DNA of 64,000 bases from an uncultured Gemmatimonadaceae bacterium (GTDB lineage Bacteria > Gemmatimonadota > Gemmatimonadetes > Gemmatimonadales > Gemmatimonadaceae). The DNA is taken from assembly GCA_963817955.1 (NCBI GenBank), contig CAWFQK010000004.1, positions 1,472,001 to 1,536,000 on the forward strand. Direction: 5' to 3'. Position numbers and translations under genes: made by a program. A model generated the notes under the pieces. The model was not told the origin of the DNA. It made no database searches and worked only from the letters and a program-made list of their open reading frames with translations. The stretch's first letter is position 1. Each line of letters starts with the position of its first letter. This document shows positions 18,898 through 28,319 of the stretch, in pieces.

Positions 18898-19341
18898 ATG
18901 CTCATCAAGGACATCATGACCCTCAGCCCAGTCGCGACGGTACTCGACGACTCGGTGATGCAGGCGGCGGAGATGATGCACGATTGGGATGTCGGTCTGT
19001 TGCCGGTCGTCGAGAGCCAGATCCACAAACGCTTGCTCGGTGTGATCTCCGACCGCGACATCGTCGTACGCTGCATCGCCGCTGGACAGTCAGCCTTCTG
19101 CCGGGTCGCTGATCACATGACGAAAGCGCCCATCGCGACGGTGTACGCGGAGGCCAGTGTCGACCAGGCCATCGACACGATGAAACGCAGGAAGGTTCGC
19201 CGCCTGCCGGTGGTCGACGAGAACGAAGTCGTCGTCGGGATGATCACGCAAGCAGACATCGCGCGCCACGTCGCTCCGCAGACCGTGGGCGAACTTCTGC
19301 AGACGATCTCCGAGCCGGTGGAGACGGAAGCGCGGGTTTGA
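18898..19341 (+). CDS. CBS-domain pair protein
   Basis: IKDIMT...VGLLPVV..GVISDRDI; VRRLPVVD..VGMITQADI. Confidence 0.92.
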   Translation: MLIKDIMTLSPVATVLDDSVMQAAEMMHDWDVGLLPVVESQIHKRLLGVISDRDIVVRCIAAGQSAFCRVADHMTKAPIATVYAEASVDQAIDTMKRRKVRRLPVVDENEVVVGMITQADIARHVAPQTVGELLQTISEPVETEARV

Positions 19342-19359
19342 GGGTTTCTCGCCCTTCCC

Positions 19360-20601
19360 TCAGTACGGCACGTCCACCCCCGAGACCACGCGCCACGTAT
19401 CCCGCGCGATGAGTAGTTCCTCATCAGTTGGAATGACCCAGAGTTCCGTGCGGGAACCCTCCCGGTCGATCCGCGCTTCTGTCCCGCACGTTGCGGCGTT
19501 CTTCTCCGGGTCGAGCTGAATCCCCAGCCACTCGAGGCCGCCGAGGATTCTCGCCCGCACATCCGGTGAGTTCTCGCCGATCCCGCCGGCGAGAACGATG
19601 GCATCCGCTCCATTCATTGCCGCGAGATACGCGCCGATGTACTTCTTCACGCGATAGGCAAAGACGTTGATCGCCAGACGCGCGCGACGATCGGCGTGCT
19701 CCGACTCCTCGGCGAGCAGCTCACGCATGTCCGCCGTGAGGCCAGAAATGCCGAGCAGGCCGGATTGCTTGTTCAGCATGGCGTCGATGTCGCGGAGCGT
19801 CATCCCCTCCTTGATCGAGACAAAATCCAGGATCGCCGGATCGAGGTCGCCGGATCGTGTGCCCATCACGAGTCCTTCCAGCGGCGTGAACCCCATCGAC
19901 GTGTCGATCGAATCGCCTCCGACGATGGCGCATGCCGACGCCCCGTTGCCGAGGTGCAGCGTGATGATCTTCGTCTCCTCGCGCGACCGTTTCGTCAGCT
20001 GCCGGTACCGGTACGCGATGTACCGGTGTGATGTGCCGTGAAAGCCGTACCGGCGCACTCCGTACCGGCGATAGAACTGATACGGAACCGCGTACACGTA
20101 CGCGGTATCAGGCAGGCTGTGGTGAAACGCTGTGTCGAACACGGCGACTTGCGGCACGCCAGCGCCGAGCACGGCGCGCGCGGCCGCGATGCCACGGAGA
20201 TTGTGCGGGTTGTGCAGCGGCGCGAGATCGATGAGGTCCTCGACCCCGCGCCACACCTCGTCGTCCACCCGCATCGAATGCGTGAAGCGCTCACCGCCAT
20301 GCACCACGCGATGCCCCACTGCCTCGATCTCGCCGGCGCGTGTGATCGGCACGCCAGACTCGGCGCTCGTCAGCCACTCGATGACGTACTCGACGGCATG
20401 CGCGTGGTCGCGAAGCTGCACGCTCGTCTTGATTGGTCTCCGACCTTCCGCCGAGAGCGCGACGATGGCCTCGCCGCCGATGCGCTCCACCTGACCGCGC
20501 GCCAGCCGCCGGTCGCGGGCTTGGGCGATCGACGCCTCGTCGGTGTCAATGAGCTGGAACTTGAGTGTGGACGAGCCGACGTTGAGAACGAGAATGTGCA
20601 C
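19360..20601 (-). CDS. ackA: Acetate kinase
   Basis: [64 protein letters not shown]. Confidence 0.96.
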   Translation of the reverse strand: MHILVLNVGSSTLKFQLIDTDEASIAQARDRRLARGQVERIGGEAIVALSAEGRRPIKTSVQLRDHAHAVEYVIEWLTSAESGVPITRAGEIEAVGHRVVHGGERFTHSMRVDDEVWRGVEDLIDLAPLHNPHNLRGIAAARAVLGAGVPQVAVFDTAFHHSLPDTAYVYAVPYQFYRRYGVRRYGFHGTSHRYIAYRYRQLTKRSREETKIITLHLGNGASACAIVGGDSIDTSMGFTPLEGLVMGTRSGDLDPAILDFVSIKEGMTLRDIDAMLNKQSGLLGISGLTADMRELLAEESEHADRRARLAINVFAYRVKKYIGAYLAAMNGADAIVLAGGIGENSPDVRARILGGLEWLGIQLDPEKNAATCGTEARIDREGSRTELWVIPTDEELLIARDTWRVVSGVDVPY

Positions 20602-20659
20602 GGGCGATGGACGATGGGGGACGAACAGCGAACAATGACCAACGAGCAACGAGTCTCCA

Positions 20660-20833
20660 TCAATATGTCATCCCACGGCAACCTGTGCCCCATCGACTGA
20701 ATGCCGCAGGCCCGATGCGGCGCACCCGGCCCGCGAGCGGGCGCGTTCCGCCCCATTCGGCGATGTCCACCGTATCGCCCATTGCGATCCGCACCGCATC
20801 CGTCGTCAGGACGTCGGCGATGACCTCGATCAT
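20660..20833 (-). pseudogene. Remnant of a HlyD-family efflux periplasmic adaptor
   Basis: IEVIADVLTTDAVRIAMGDTVDIAEWGGTRPLAGRVRRIGPAAFS resembles an internal segment of HlyD/MFP adaptors; no N- or C-terminus. Confidence 0.6.
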
Positions 20834-21735
20834 GTTGTGATGACAGGTGGCGGAACAACCAGCACGGGACATGGCCCCTCGTGCAAGACGCCAGTCAGGG
20901 TGCTGCCGAGCAACGCGGCGGCCAGCGCGCTGCTGCCGCGACGCCCGAGAACGATCATGTCCGCATCGATTGCCTTTGCCGTCTCCGCGATGACCTCGGC
21001 CGGCTTGCCATACGAGACTGCTGCCGCGACGTTCGCGCCCACCATACCGGCTGCCACGAGCTCGTTGAGCCACCGCACGCCATCGCGAGCCAGTTCGTCG
21101 CGAATCTCCTGCTCGGCCGCGGCATCCGTTCCCGCATGCGCGTATGACATCGAAGCGATGTGGCTATACACCGCGTTCGACAGCACATGGAGCAGCGTGA
21201 TGTCGGCGCCGAAATGCTGTGCCAGCTTCGATGCGGTGGCCAAGAGGGACGGCGTGATGCTCGCGTCTTCCACCGGGACCAGCAGCTTCCGAACGCGCCC
21301 AGGACGCGGTTTCGCCATGATCAGCACGGGCACCGCCGCATTGCGCACGAGGCGATCGGCGGTCGTGCCCAGCCAGCTGCCGCCGCCCTTTCGTTCACCA
21401 TGCTGGCCGACGACGATCACGTCGGCAGTCACATCGCGCGCCAACTCGCCGAGTACTTCGTACGGCGCGCCCACGCGTGTCTCCGTGCGGATCGGTGACG
21501 CACTGAGAAACGTCGTCACGTCGGCGAACTGGCTCGCGGCGTAGGTTTCGGCGGCGCCGATCATGTCGCTGCGCGACGGCAGCTTGGCTGCGGCGAACGT
21601 GGGCGTGTGCGGTACGTCGATCACATGCGCGAGAATCAACTCGGCATCAGGCGCGACGTACTGCGCAATCCACTTCGCCGCGTCGATTGCCGGCTCGCTG
21701 AAGTCCATTCCGATGAGCACCCGGTTCCATGTCAT
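20830..21735 (-). CDS. Tandem universal stress protein
   Basis: VLIGMDFS...IVVGQHG..LGTTADRLVR; IVLGRRG..LLGST...CPVLVVP. Confidence 0.92.
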   Translation of the reverse strand: MTWNRVLIGMDFSEPAIDAAKWIAQYVAPDAELILAHVIDVPHTPTFAAAKLPSRSDMIGAAETYAASQFADVTTFLSASPIRTETRVGAPYEVLGELARDVTADVIVVGQHGERKGGGSWLGTTADRLVRNAAVPVLIMAKPRPGRVRKLLVPVEDASITPSLLATASKLAQHFGADITLLHVLSNAVYSHIASMSYAHAGTDAAAEQEIRDELARDGVRWLNELVAAGMVGANVAAAVSYGKPAEVIAETAKAIDADMIVLGRRGSSALAAALLGSTLTGVLHEGPCPVLVVPPPVITT

Positions 21736-21868
21736 GGGCCTACCCTCGTTGATGGGTGAGGACGGCGGTGGCGGACGGGTCCATTGCCGGACGGCCCACA
21801 CGACCGCACCAGACCACGAACATGCGCGATGGCGCGCGGCGCGTCTGTCCGTGCTTCGGCGGCCTGCG

Positions 21869-21886
21869 GTCAGGGAAGCCCGGTGT
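21869..21886. promoter_or_regulatory. Candidate response-regulator operator
   Basis: GTCAGGGAAGCCCGGTGT, 15/18 identical to the site at 27016; about 135 bp upstream of the USP start. Confidence 0.4.
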
Positions 21887-21917
21887 TGTCCTACTGCCGG
21901 AGCCCAATCGCCGCGGG

Positions 21918-22373
21918 TCAGCCCCCGCTGGTCGCCATTCGGCCGGTGATCTCGTCGGCGAAGATGCGGAATACGCTTGTCCGGTGTGGCGTCGCGTCGC
22001 TGGCTGTCATGGCCTCAGCGTCGATTTCGCGCAGCAAGTCGAGCGCGCGTTCGTACGCCTCCCTATCCCTGTCTCCGCCACCTGGCTCGAGAAAATACAG
22101 CGTGCCGTGCGCCACGACGCTGCGCCAGTCGAAACGCCCCTCGATCTCGTCGACTTGGAACGCCACCCAGGGATGGTGCCGGACAGCAACGAGTTTGGTG
22201 CCTGGCGACGTGCGCCCGTAGATGCAGCCTTCGGCGAACACGTACGAGATCGGTTCCACATCCACACGGTCATGGAAGCTGAACGCCAGTCGTCCAATAT
22301 GATGTCGCTCCAGCAGCGCCACGCACTCGCCACGCGAGAGATCGCTGAACTCGGGTCGATTGGTGCGAGCCAT
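21918..22373 (-). CDS. Pyridoxamine 5'-phosphate oxidase-like flavin-binding protein
   Basis: ECVALLERHHIGRLAF...RTSPGTKL...VAFQVDE..WRSVVAHG...ITGR. Confidence 0.88.
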   Translation of the reverse strand: MARTNRPEFSDLSRGECVALLERHHIGRLAFSFHDRVDVEPISYVFAEGCIYGRTSPGTKLVAVRHHPWVAFQVDEIEGRFDWRSVVAHGTLYFLEPGGGDRDREAYERALDLLREIDAEAMTASDATPHRTSVFRIFADEITGRMATSGG

Positions 22374-22385
22374 GTTGCCTCCACG

Positions 22386-24218
22386 TCATATTGTGGACCG
22401 CGTCGCCGTCGGAATCGAAAACAAGAATGTCGCGCCCTGTCCGGGAATGCTCTCCAGCCAGATCGTGCCCCCATGCGCTTCGACCATCCCCTTGGCGATG
22501 GACAATCCAAGACCGGTACCACGGATGCGCGCCGCATCAGATGATTGCCAATATCGCTCGAACACCCGCATCTGATGTTCCGGCGCGACGCCAGGGCCAG
22601 TGTCGCGTACGCTGAACACCACCTGTCCGTCACGCGGCTCCGCGCCGATCGTGATCTGGCCGCCGCTGGGCGTGAACTTCAACGCGTTTCGCACGAGGTT
22701 CCCTAATACCTGCACGATCCGCGCGCTGTCGGCCATCACGAGCGGTAAGTTCGTCGGCAATCGCTGCGCAAGACTAACGCCGTGTTGCATCGCTTCCACT
22801 TCGAACATGTGCCACGTCTGCAGCACGAGTTGCGCCGGTTCACTCGGCCACGCTTCCACCGACAGACGCCCTTGCTCCAAGCTCGCTTCGTCGAGAAGAT
22901 CCTGAATCAAGCGGTTCGTCCACGCCGCTGACTCGCGAATCGTCGTCAACAATTCGTGGCGAGCCTGCTCGGAGGTCGGTGGGTTCTCGTCGAGTGCACG
23001 TGCGCACATGGAGATGGCAGTGATCGGATTGCGCAGGTCGTGCGACACGACACCAAGCACCTCTTCGCGTGCGCGGTTCGCGCGCTGCGCCACCGCATAG
23101 AGGCGCGCGTTCTCCAGCATCGTCGCGGCCGAGCCGGCGAACTTCTCGGCAAGGACGCGCGTTTCCGCCGACAGCGAACGCCGCGCGTTCACGGCGATCA
23201 ACGTCAACGCTCCAAGCATCTGGTCGCCGGCAACGAGCGGAACGATCAGGAGAGCGCGCGCGCCGAGCGCCGTCCACGCGGCAATCGCGCCAGCCTCTTC
23301 ATTGCCCTCGAGCCATGACGCGTCCACGGCCACGACCTGCTCGGCGCGACGGCGACGGATGACGTCAATGACGGGCGAGGGAGAATCCCACGAGAGCGGC
23401 GCAATGGCCAACTGCTGCATGGCCGCCGAGAGCGACTCACGATGCCGCCGCCCAACCATCCGTCGCAGGCCTCCGTTGCTCGTCACTACATCGACGAATG
23501 CCGCGTCGGCAAGGCGAGGCACGGCGAGATCGACCACCGCTTGCAGGGTGGCGTCGAAGTCAAGCGACTGTGCGAGGGCCGCCGATGTTTCGGCCATGAA
23601 CCGCTCGTCCTCCTCCGTGCGCTTGCGCTCCGTGACGTCACGGAGGACGACGGTGAACAGCATGCCCTGTTCGGTGACGAGTTTGGAGATCGACGCCTCG
23701 GCGGGGAACTCCGTCCCGTCGGCTCGCAAACCGAATATCTCGCGCCGTTCAGCCATGCGGCGTGCGCTCTCGGCCGCACGCGCGAAATGCTCCATGTGCA
23801 ATTCGTGCGCGGCGCGATACCGCGGCGGGAGCAGCAGCGCGAGATGGCGACCCACGACGTCCCCGGCCGCGTGGCCAAAAATCTGCTCGGCGCCATGGTT
23901 GAAGTGCACGACAGTCTGGTCGTGATCCACCGTAATGATGGCGTCGGCCGCGATGGCGAGAATGCCTGAGAACTTCGCCTCGGACGCGCGGAGCGCGCTG
24001 TCAGCACGCTCCTGTTCCGCCATCAAACGCTCGAACGAGTGCTGCCGCGCAAGCAGCAACACCAGCGTGGCCCCGACAATCAGGAGCGCGGCGAGCCGCA
24101 GCCAAGGCCGCGGGCCGCCTGACGAGAGCTCCCATAAGGTGATGCTGATCGGAACGAGTAGCGTTACGACCGAAAGCCACAGCGCGGAGCGAATTCTTTG
24201 GGAGTAGGCGACGGGCAT
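22386..24218 (-). CDS. PAS-GAF sensor histidine kinase
   Basis: Two N-terminal TM helices, PAS (DAIITVD..FNHGAEQIFG), GAF, H-box VSHDLRNP, N/G boxes. Confidence 0.92.
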   Translation of the reverse strand: MPVAYSQRIRSALWLSVVTLLVPISITLWELSSGGPRPWLRLAALLIVGATLVLLLARQHSFERLMAEQERADSALRASEAKFSGILAIAADAIITVDHDQTVVHFNHGAEQIFGHAAGDVVGRHLALLLPPRYRAAHELHMEHFARAAESARRMAERREIFGLRADGTEFPAEASISKLVTEQGMLFTVVLRDVTERKRTEEDERFMAETSAALAQSLDFDATLQAVVDLAVPRLADAAFVDVVTSNGGLRRMVGRRHRESLSAAMQQLAIAPLSWDSPSPVIDVIRRRRAEQVVAVDASWLEGNEEAGAIAAWTALGARALLIVPLVAGDQMLGALTLIAVNARRSLSAETRVLAEKFAGSAATMLENARLYAVAQRANRAREEVLGVVSHDLRNPITAISMCARALDENPPTSEQARHELLTTIRESAAWTNRLIQDLLDEASLEQGRLSVEAWPSEPAQLVLQTWHMFEVEAMQHGVSLAQRLPTNLPLVMADSARIVQVLGNLVRNALKFTPSGGQITIGAEPRDGQVVFSVRDTGPGVAPEHQMRVFERYWQSSDAARIRGTGLGLSIAKGMVEAHGGTIWLESIPGQGATFLFSIPTATRSTI

Positions 24219-24256
24219 AGGTCCGCGGTCAGGCCCGCGCCGGTCTCCCGAGTCGG

Positions 24257-24919
24257 TCAGACTTCGGCGAGGAGACCGAGCTTCAAGGCGAATTGAACAT
24301 AGTCCGAGCGGTGGGCCAATCCAAGCTTTTCCTGGATTCGCTGCTTGTAAGTATCAACCGTTTTTGGACTTATGAACAGCCGCTCGCCTATCTCCGGGGC
24401 CGAATAGCCCTGCGCCACCAAACGAAGTACGTCGCGCTCGCGCTGCGTCAGCTTATCGAAGCGCTCGCGCTCGCTCTGCGCGGGATCCTTCTTCGTGAGG
24501 TTCTTCGCGAGCACGCGCGCTGCCGCGGGACGGACGTAAACGTCGCCGTGGGCTACGGCACGCACGGCATCGACCAATTCGCGGTCTGCTGCGCTCTTCA
24601 CGAGGTAGCCGGCAGCACCGGCTTCCATCAGCGGTACCAGATAATCCTCTTCGGCATGCATCGTCAGAATGAGGACTCTGGCCGAAAGGCCTTTCTGAAC
24701 GATCTCCTTGGTCGCAGCGGTGCCGTCAACATCCGGCATCGAAAGATCCATAACAACGACATCCGGGTTGAATCGCTCCGCGAGCGCCACGGCTTCACGA
24801 CCGGTCTTCGCTTCTCCGATCACTTCAATGTCCTTCGCGACGCCAAGGACGGCTTTCAGTCCGGCGCGCACCACGGCGTGGTCATCGGCCAGCACGACTT
24901 GAATACGATCTCCTAACAT
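24257..24919 (-). CDS. NarL/LuxR-family response regulator
   Basis: LADDHAVVRAG, VVMDLSMP, LTQRERDVL..ISPKTVDTY HTH. Confidence 0.95.
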   Translation of the reverse strand: MLGDRIQVVLADDHAVVRAGLKAVLGVAKDIEVIGEAKTGREAVALAERFNPDVVVMDLSMPDVDGTAATKEIVQKGLSARVLILTMHAEEDYLVPLMEAGAAGYLVKSAADRELVDAVRAVAHGDVYVRPAAARVLAKNLTKKDPAQSERERFDKLTQRERDVLRLVAQGYSAPEIGERLFISPKTVDTYKQRIQEKLGLAHRSDYVQFALKLGLLAEV

Positions 24920-24929
24920 GACAATCCCC

Positions 24930-26009
24930 CTATCGGTTGCGGTCCGGTGCCGGCGTCAATGGAATCGAGGCGACTACCGCGGTGCCGCCGCCTTCCGCCG
25001 TTCTGACTTCCAGCCAACCGTCGATGAGCGCAACGCGCTCGCGCATCGACAGGAGCCCCATGCCATGACGATCCCGTTCGACGCTCTCAAGGTCGAACCC
25101 GCGGCCATCATCGAGCACTTCGAGCCGCGCCAAGGTGGGGTCGACGGAAACGGTGACGTGGATATGCTGTGGCGCGGCATGTCGCACGGCGTTCCGTACT
25201 GCTTCCTGCGCTACACGGTAGAGCACCGCAGCGACCGCCTGCGGGAGTTCACCCGCCGCCGCTGCAGCGTTGACGTCCACGTCGATGCCAGTACCGTGCG
25301 ATGCGTCGCGCGACAGCTTGCGCAATGCGGCCACAAGGCCGAGATCGTCGAGAACACGAGGATGCACGGTTTGCGCCAGAGTCCGTACCTCCTCGGTAAG
25401 TTCTTCCGCCGCATCCCGCGCATCGGCTAGGCGCTTGGCGAGCACCGGGTCGGTCGAGTCTCGCGCGGCAGAAGAAATCTGCAACAACAGCGCTGCCAGA
25501 CGCTGCGCTGTCGAATCGTGCAGTTCGCGCGCTAACGCAGCGCGCTCACGGTCGCCAACCTCGATCACTTCCGTAGCCAGATTCCGCATGCGCGCGCGGT
25601 CCGAGGCCAGCCCATCGAGCAGAATATTGAACATCGCGCCGATCCGCAACACTTCGCGGTCAGCCACGTTCGATTGATCGACACGAGCGCCGAAGTCGCC
25701 GTGCCACACGCGCGATGCCGCATCCTCGAGATCGCGAATGGGCCTGAGGGCCACCAGCACGAGCAAGGAATGCAGCACAACCGAGCATGCCGCAGCCACG
25801 ATGCAAATGGTGGTGGTGTGCACCGACGACACAGCAAAAGCCACGAGCGTTGCCACGACGATCAAATTCGCGCCGACGAGCTTGGCAAGCAGCGGCACGC
25901 GTAGCGCAGCGAGACGCATGGCGCGCCTGGACGCGTTGGAGCGCGTCTCTCCGCGAAGCAGCGGTACGATCTGAGGCACGATCTCTGGCTTCAGAATCAC
26001 GAACGACAT
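24930..26009 (-). CDS. HAMP-HisKA_3 sensor histidine kinase
   Basis: ERAALARELHDSTAQ, YRVAQEAVRNAVRHA, DDGRGF, GMGLLSMRER; start uncertain. Confidence 0.92.
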   Translation of the reverse strand: MSFVILKPEIVPQIVPLLRGETRSNASRRAMRLAALRVPLLAKLVGANLIVVATLVAFAVSSVHTTTICIVAAACSVVLHSLLVLVALRPIRDLEDAASRVWHGDFGARVDQSNVADREVLRIGAMFNILLDGLASDRARMRNLATEVIEVGDRERAALARELHDSTAQRLAALLLQISSAARDSTDPVLAKRLADARDAAEELTEEVRTLAQTVHPRVLDDLGLVAALRKLSRDASHGTGIDVDVNAAAAAGELPQAVAAVLYRVAQEAVRNAVRHAAPQHIHVTVSVDPTLARLEVLDDGRGFDLESVERDRHGMGLLSMRERVALIDGWLEVRTAEGGGTAVVASIPLTPAPDRNR

Positions 26010-26147
26010 GGCCCTGCCCGCGTGGAACGACGATCGACCTTGTCTCAGACCCGTGCCATCGCACGATCCGGCAAATGGCGCCGGTTTGCTAAGGGATCAT
26101 ATGATTGCACAACCCTTTGCTCTGTCGGGCGCTGGTGGAAAAGCCGA

Positions 26148-26182
26148 CGGGGAACCCCTGAGTATTTCTCAGGAATTCCCCG
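26148..26182. promoter_or_regulatory. Inverted repeat: terminator of the YceI gene and/or paired operator upstream of the two-component operon
   Basis: CGGGGAACCCCTGAG-tattt-CTCAGGAATTCCCCG; both mismatches are G-U compatible on the minus strand, followed by GGCTTTT; each arm also matches the motif at 27017. Confidence 0.55.
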
Positions 26183-26215
26183 ACAAACCTTCCCTTCCTA
26201 CTGCTTACGGCCTGC

Positions 26216-26848
26216 TTACGGCTTGACGATCGCCGTTGCAACCGACCGACCACCAATCATCAATTCGAAGTTCACCTTGACTTCGTCACCAGTCTTCAAA
26301 CGTCCGAAGATCGCCGTGGGTGGCTGGATTCCAAAGTCGGTCATCTTGACTGGAATGCTGCCAATCGCCTTCACGCTGCCATCGGGCATCCGTGTGGCGA
26401 TCACGTCCATCGTCACCTCGTTCACCTTCCCAGCAATCGCGAGCTTGCCGATCGTGTGCAGCGTGAACGCATCCTTCGATTCGCCCGGCGCTGCCTCGAA
26501 TGTACCGAGGATGTAGCTGATTTCCGGCGAGCCATCGACTTTCAGCGCCTTGTAGACGTTGCCATCCATCCCGCCGTGGTCGCACTTCAGGCTCTTCACC
26601 GGAATCTTCACTTCCACTCGCTTCAACGTCTTGGGCGCGGTCGCGCCGAACTGGGCAATGGCGGCCTTGTCAACATCGACACTGGCGTCGAGAGTCGTGG
26701 CTTTGCAGCTCCAGGAGTGAAGGTTCGATGTACCGTCGATCCAGAGCTTGCTGTCAGCGGCAACTGCAATACGGGCAATATCTTGAGCGCGTGCCGTAGT
26801 CGCGACAAGGGCGAGAAGCGCGACAGTGGCTAATTGAGTTCTGGTCAT
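26216..26848 (-). CDS. YceI-family periplasmic protein
   Basis: Signal peptide; SKLWIDGTSNLHSW, GKLAIAG, MTDFGIQPP, DEVKVNFEL. Confidence 0.88.
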   Translation of the reverse strand: MTRTQLATVALLALVATTARAQDIARIAVAADSKLWIDGTSNLHSWSCKATTLDASVDVDKAAIAQFGATAPKTLKRVEVKIPVKSLKCDHGGMDGNVYKALKVDGSPEISYILGTFEAAPGESKDAFTLHTIGKLAIAGKVNEVTMDVIATRMPDGSVKAIGSIPVKMTDFGIQPPTAIFGRLKTGDEVKVNFELMIGGRSVATAIVKP

Positions 26849-27015
26849 CCTTCCTCCGTCGAGAACGCGATGGCTGTCTGTGCCGGTCGGCACGCAGGTG
26901 GTCCATCGAACTGGAGGCAAGCTAGGTCTTGGCGAGAAGTGCTTCTGTCAGGAGGATGAATGAATGGCGGTAGGGACAATTCGGCTCCCTAGTAGCACAA
27001 TCACCGCCAATCGAA

Positions 27016-27033
27016 GTCAGGGATTCCCCGTGT
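27016..27033. promoter_or_regulatory. Candidate response-regulator operator
   Basis: GTCAGGGATTCCCCGTGT upstream of the YceI gene; similar to 21869, 26148 and 26168. Confidence 0.4.
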
Positions 27034-27071
27034 CGCGCCTCGCCTCGATCTCGACAACTATCGGCTCATGA

Positions 27072-28262
27072 TCACCGCCCCGCCGTGACCACGGCCACTC
27101 CCATCGCGATCGCGAGCATCGCCCCAACGAAGCCTGAGACGCCTAGCCAGTGCGCGCGCTCCCAGAACATCCCCCCCACTGGCCCCGCGACGCTCGCGCC
27201 GATGTAGTAGAAAAACAGGTATAACGCCGATGCCTGCGCCTTTGCCTGCTCGGCGCGGAGACCCACCCAACTGCTCGCCACTGAGTGACCGGCAAAAAAT
27301 CCAAACGTGACCACCGCGATGCCCACGACGACGAGCGGCAACGGTCGCATGAGTGTCAGGGCAATCCCGCCGAACATTAGGGCGACCATCAGCGATAACA
27401 TGCGTCCCCTTCCCGCGCGATCGGCAAGCGATCCGATCCACGCCGACGCGAAGATACCAACGAGATACACGACAAAGATCAGTCCAACCGCCGCTTGGCT
27501 GAGTGAGTACGGCGGTTCGAGGAGATGATATGTGGCGTAGTTGTATGTCGTGACAAACGCGCCCATGAGCAGAAAGCCGATCGCATAGAGGGCCACCAGA
27601 TTCGGGTGCCGGAGTTGCTCGGCGTACGTACGCGCCAATGCGCGCACGCGGAGCGGGCGCGACACGAAGTGCCGCGATGGGGGCAGCGTGCGCCAGAAAA
27701 TGGTCGCGGCGACGAGACCGAGCACACCGATCGCCGCGACGGCGACGCGCCACGAGAACAGGTCAGTCAGCAGCGCCGTCAGCAGTCGCCCGATCATGCC
27801 GCCCAAGCCGTTGCCGCCAATGGCCAAACCCATCGCCAGGCCGATGGAGCCCGGATGGACTTCCTCCGCGAGGTAGGCCATCGAGATGGCCGGCAGGCCG
27901 GCAAACGTGATTCCCGCCAGCGCGCGAATGACCAGGAAGAGGTGCCAATGCCCGACAAACGCCGACAGAACCGTCAGGACTGCCGATGCGAACAGCGACG
28001 CCACCATCATCGACTTGCGGCCGCGCACCTCGGAGATCGCTCCCGCCACGATCATCGCCGGCGCGAGCAGCCCGGTCGTCAATGACAGCGACAGGCTGCT
28101 CTGTGCGGCGTTCACGTGAAAGTCGCGCGCGAACACCGGCATGAGCGGCTGCACGCAATAGAGCAGCGAGAAGGTCGCGAAGCCGGCCGAGAAGAGCGCG
28201 AGGTTGGTGCGACGGAACTCCGGCGTTCCGTGATGGATGTAGGTGTCGTCGCGCTGGGGCAC
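27072..28262 (-). CDS. MFS transporter (YnfM-like)
   Basis: LFSAGFATFSLLYCVQPLMP, GRKS loop, MAYLAEEV, AQASALYLFFYY; start uncertain. Confidence 0.9.
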   Translation of the reverse strand: MPQRDDTYIHHGTPEFRRTNLALFSAGFATFSLLYCVQPLMPVFARDFHVNAAQSSLSLSLTTGLLAPAMIVAGAISEVRGRKSMMVASLFASAVLTVLSAFVGHWHLFLVIRALAGITFAGLPAISMAYLAEEVHPGSIGLAMGLAIGGNGLGGMIGRLLTALLTDLFSWRVAVAAIGVLGLVAATIFWRTLPPSRHFVSRPLRVRALARTYAEQLRHPNLVALYAIGFLLMGAFVTTYNYATYHLLEPPYSLSQAAVGLIFVVYLVGIFASAWIGSLADRAGRGRMLSLMVALMFGGIALTLMRPLPLVVVGIAVVTFGFFAGHSVASSWVGLRAEQAKAQASALYLFFYYIGASVAGPVGGMFWERAHWLGVSGFVGAMLAIAMGVAVVTAGR

Positions 28263-28319
28263 GCTAGGCAAAATAACGTGCACCGGAACGCGACGGACCC
28301 TTACTCCCAACCCTCCCCG

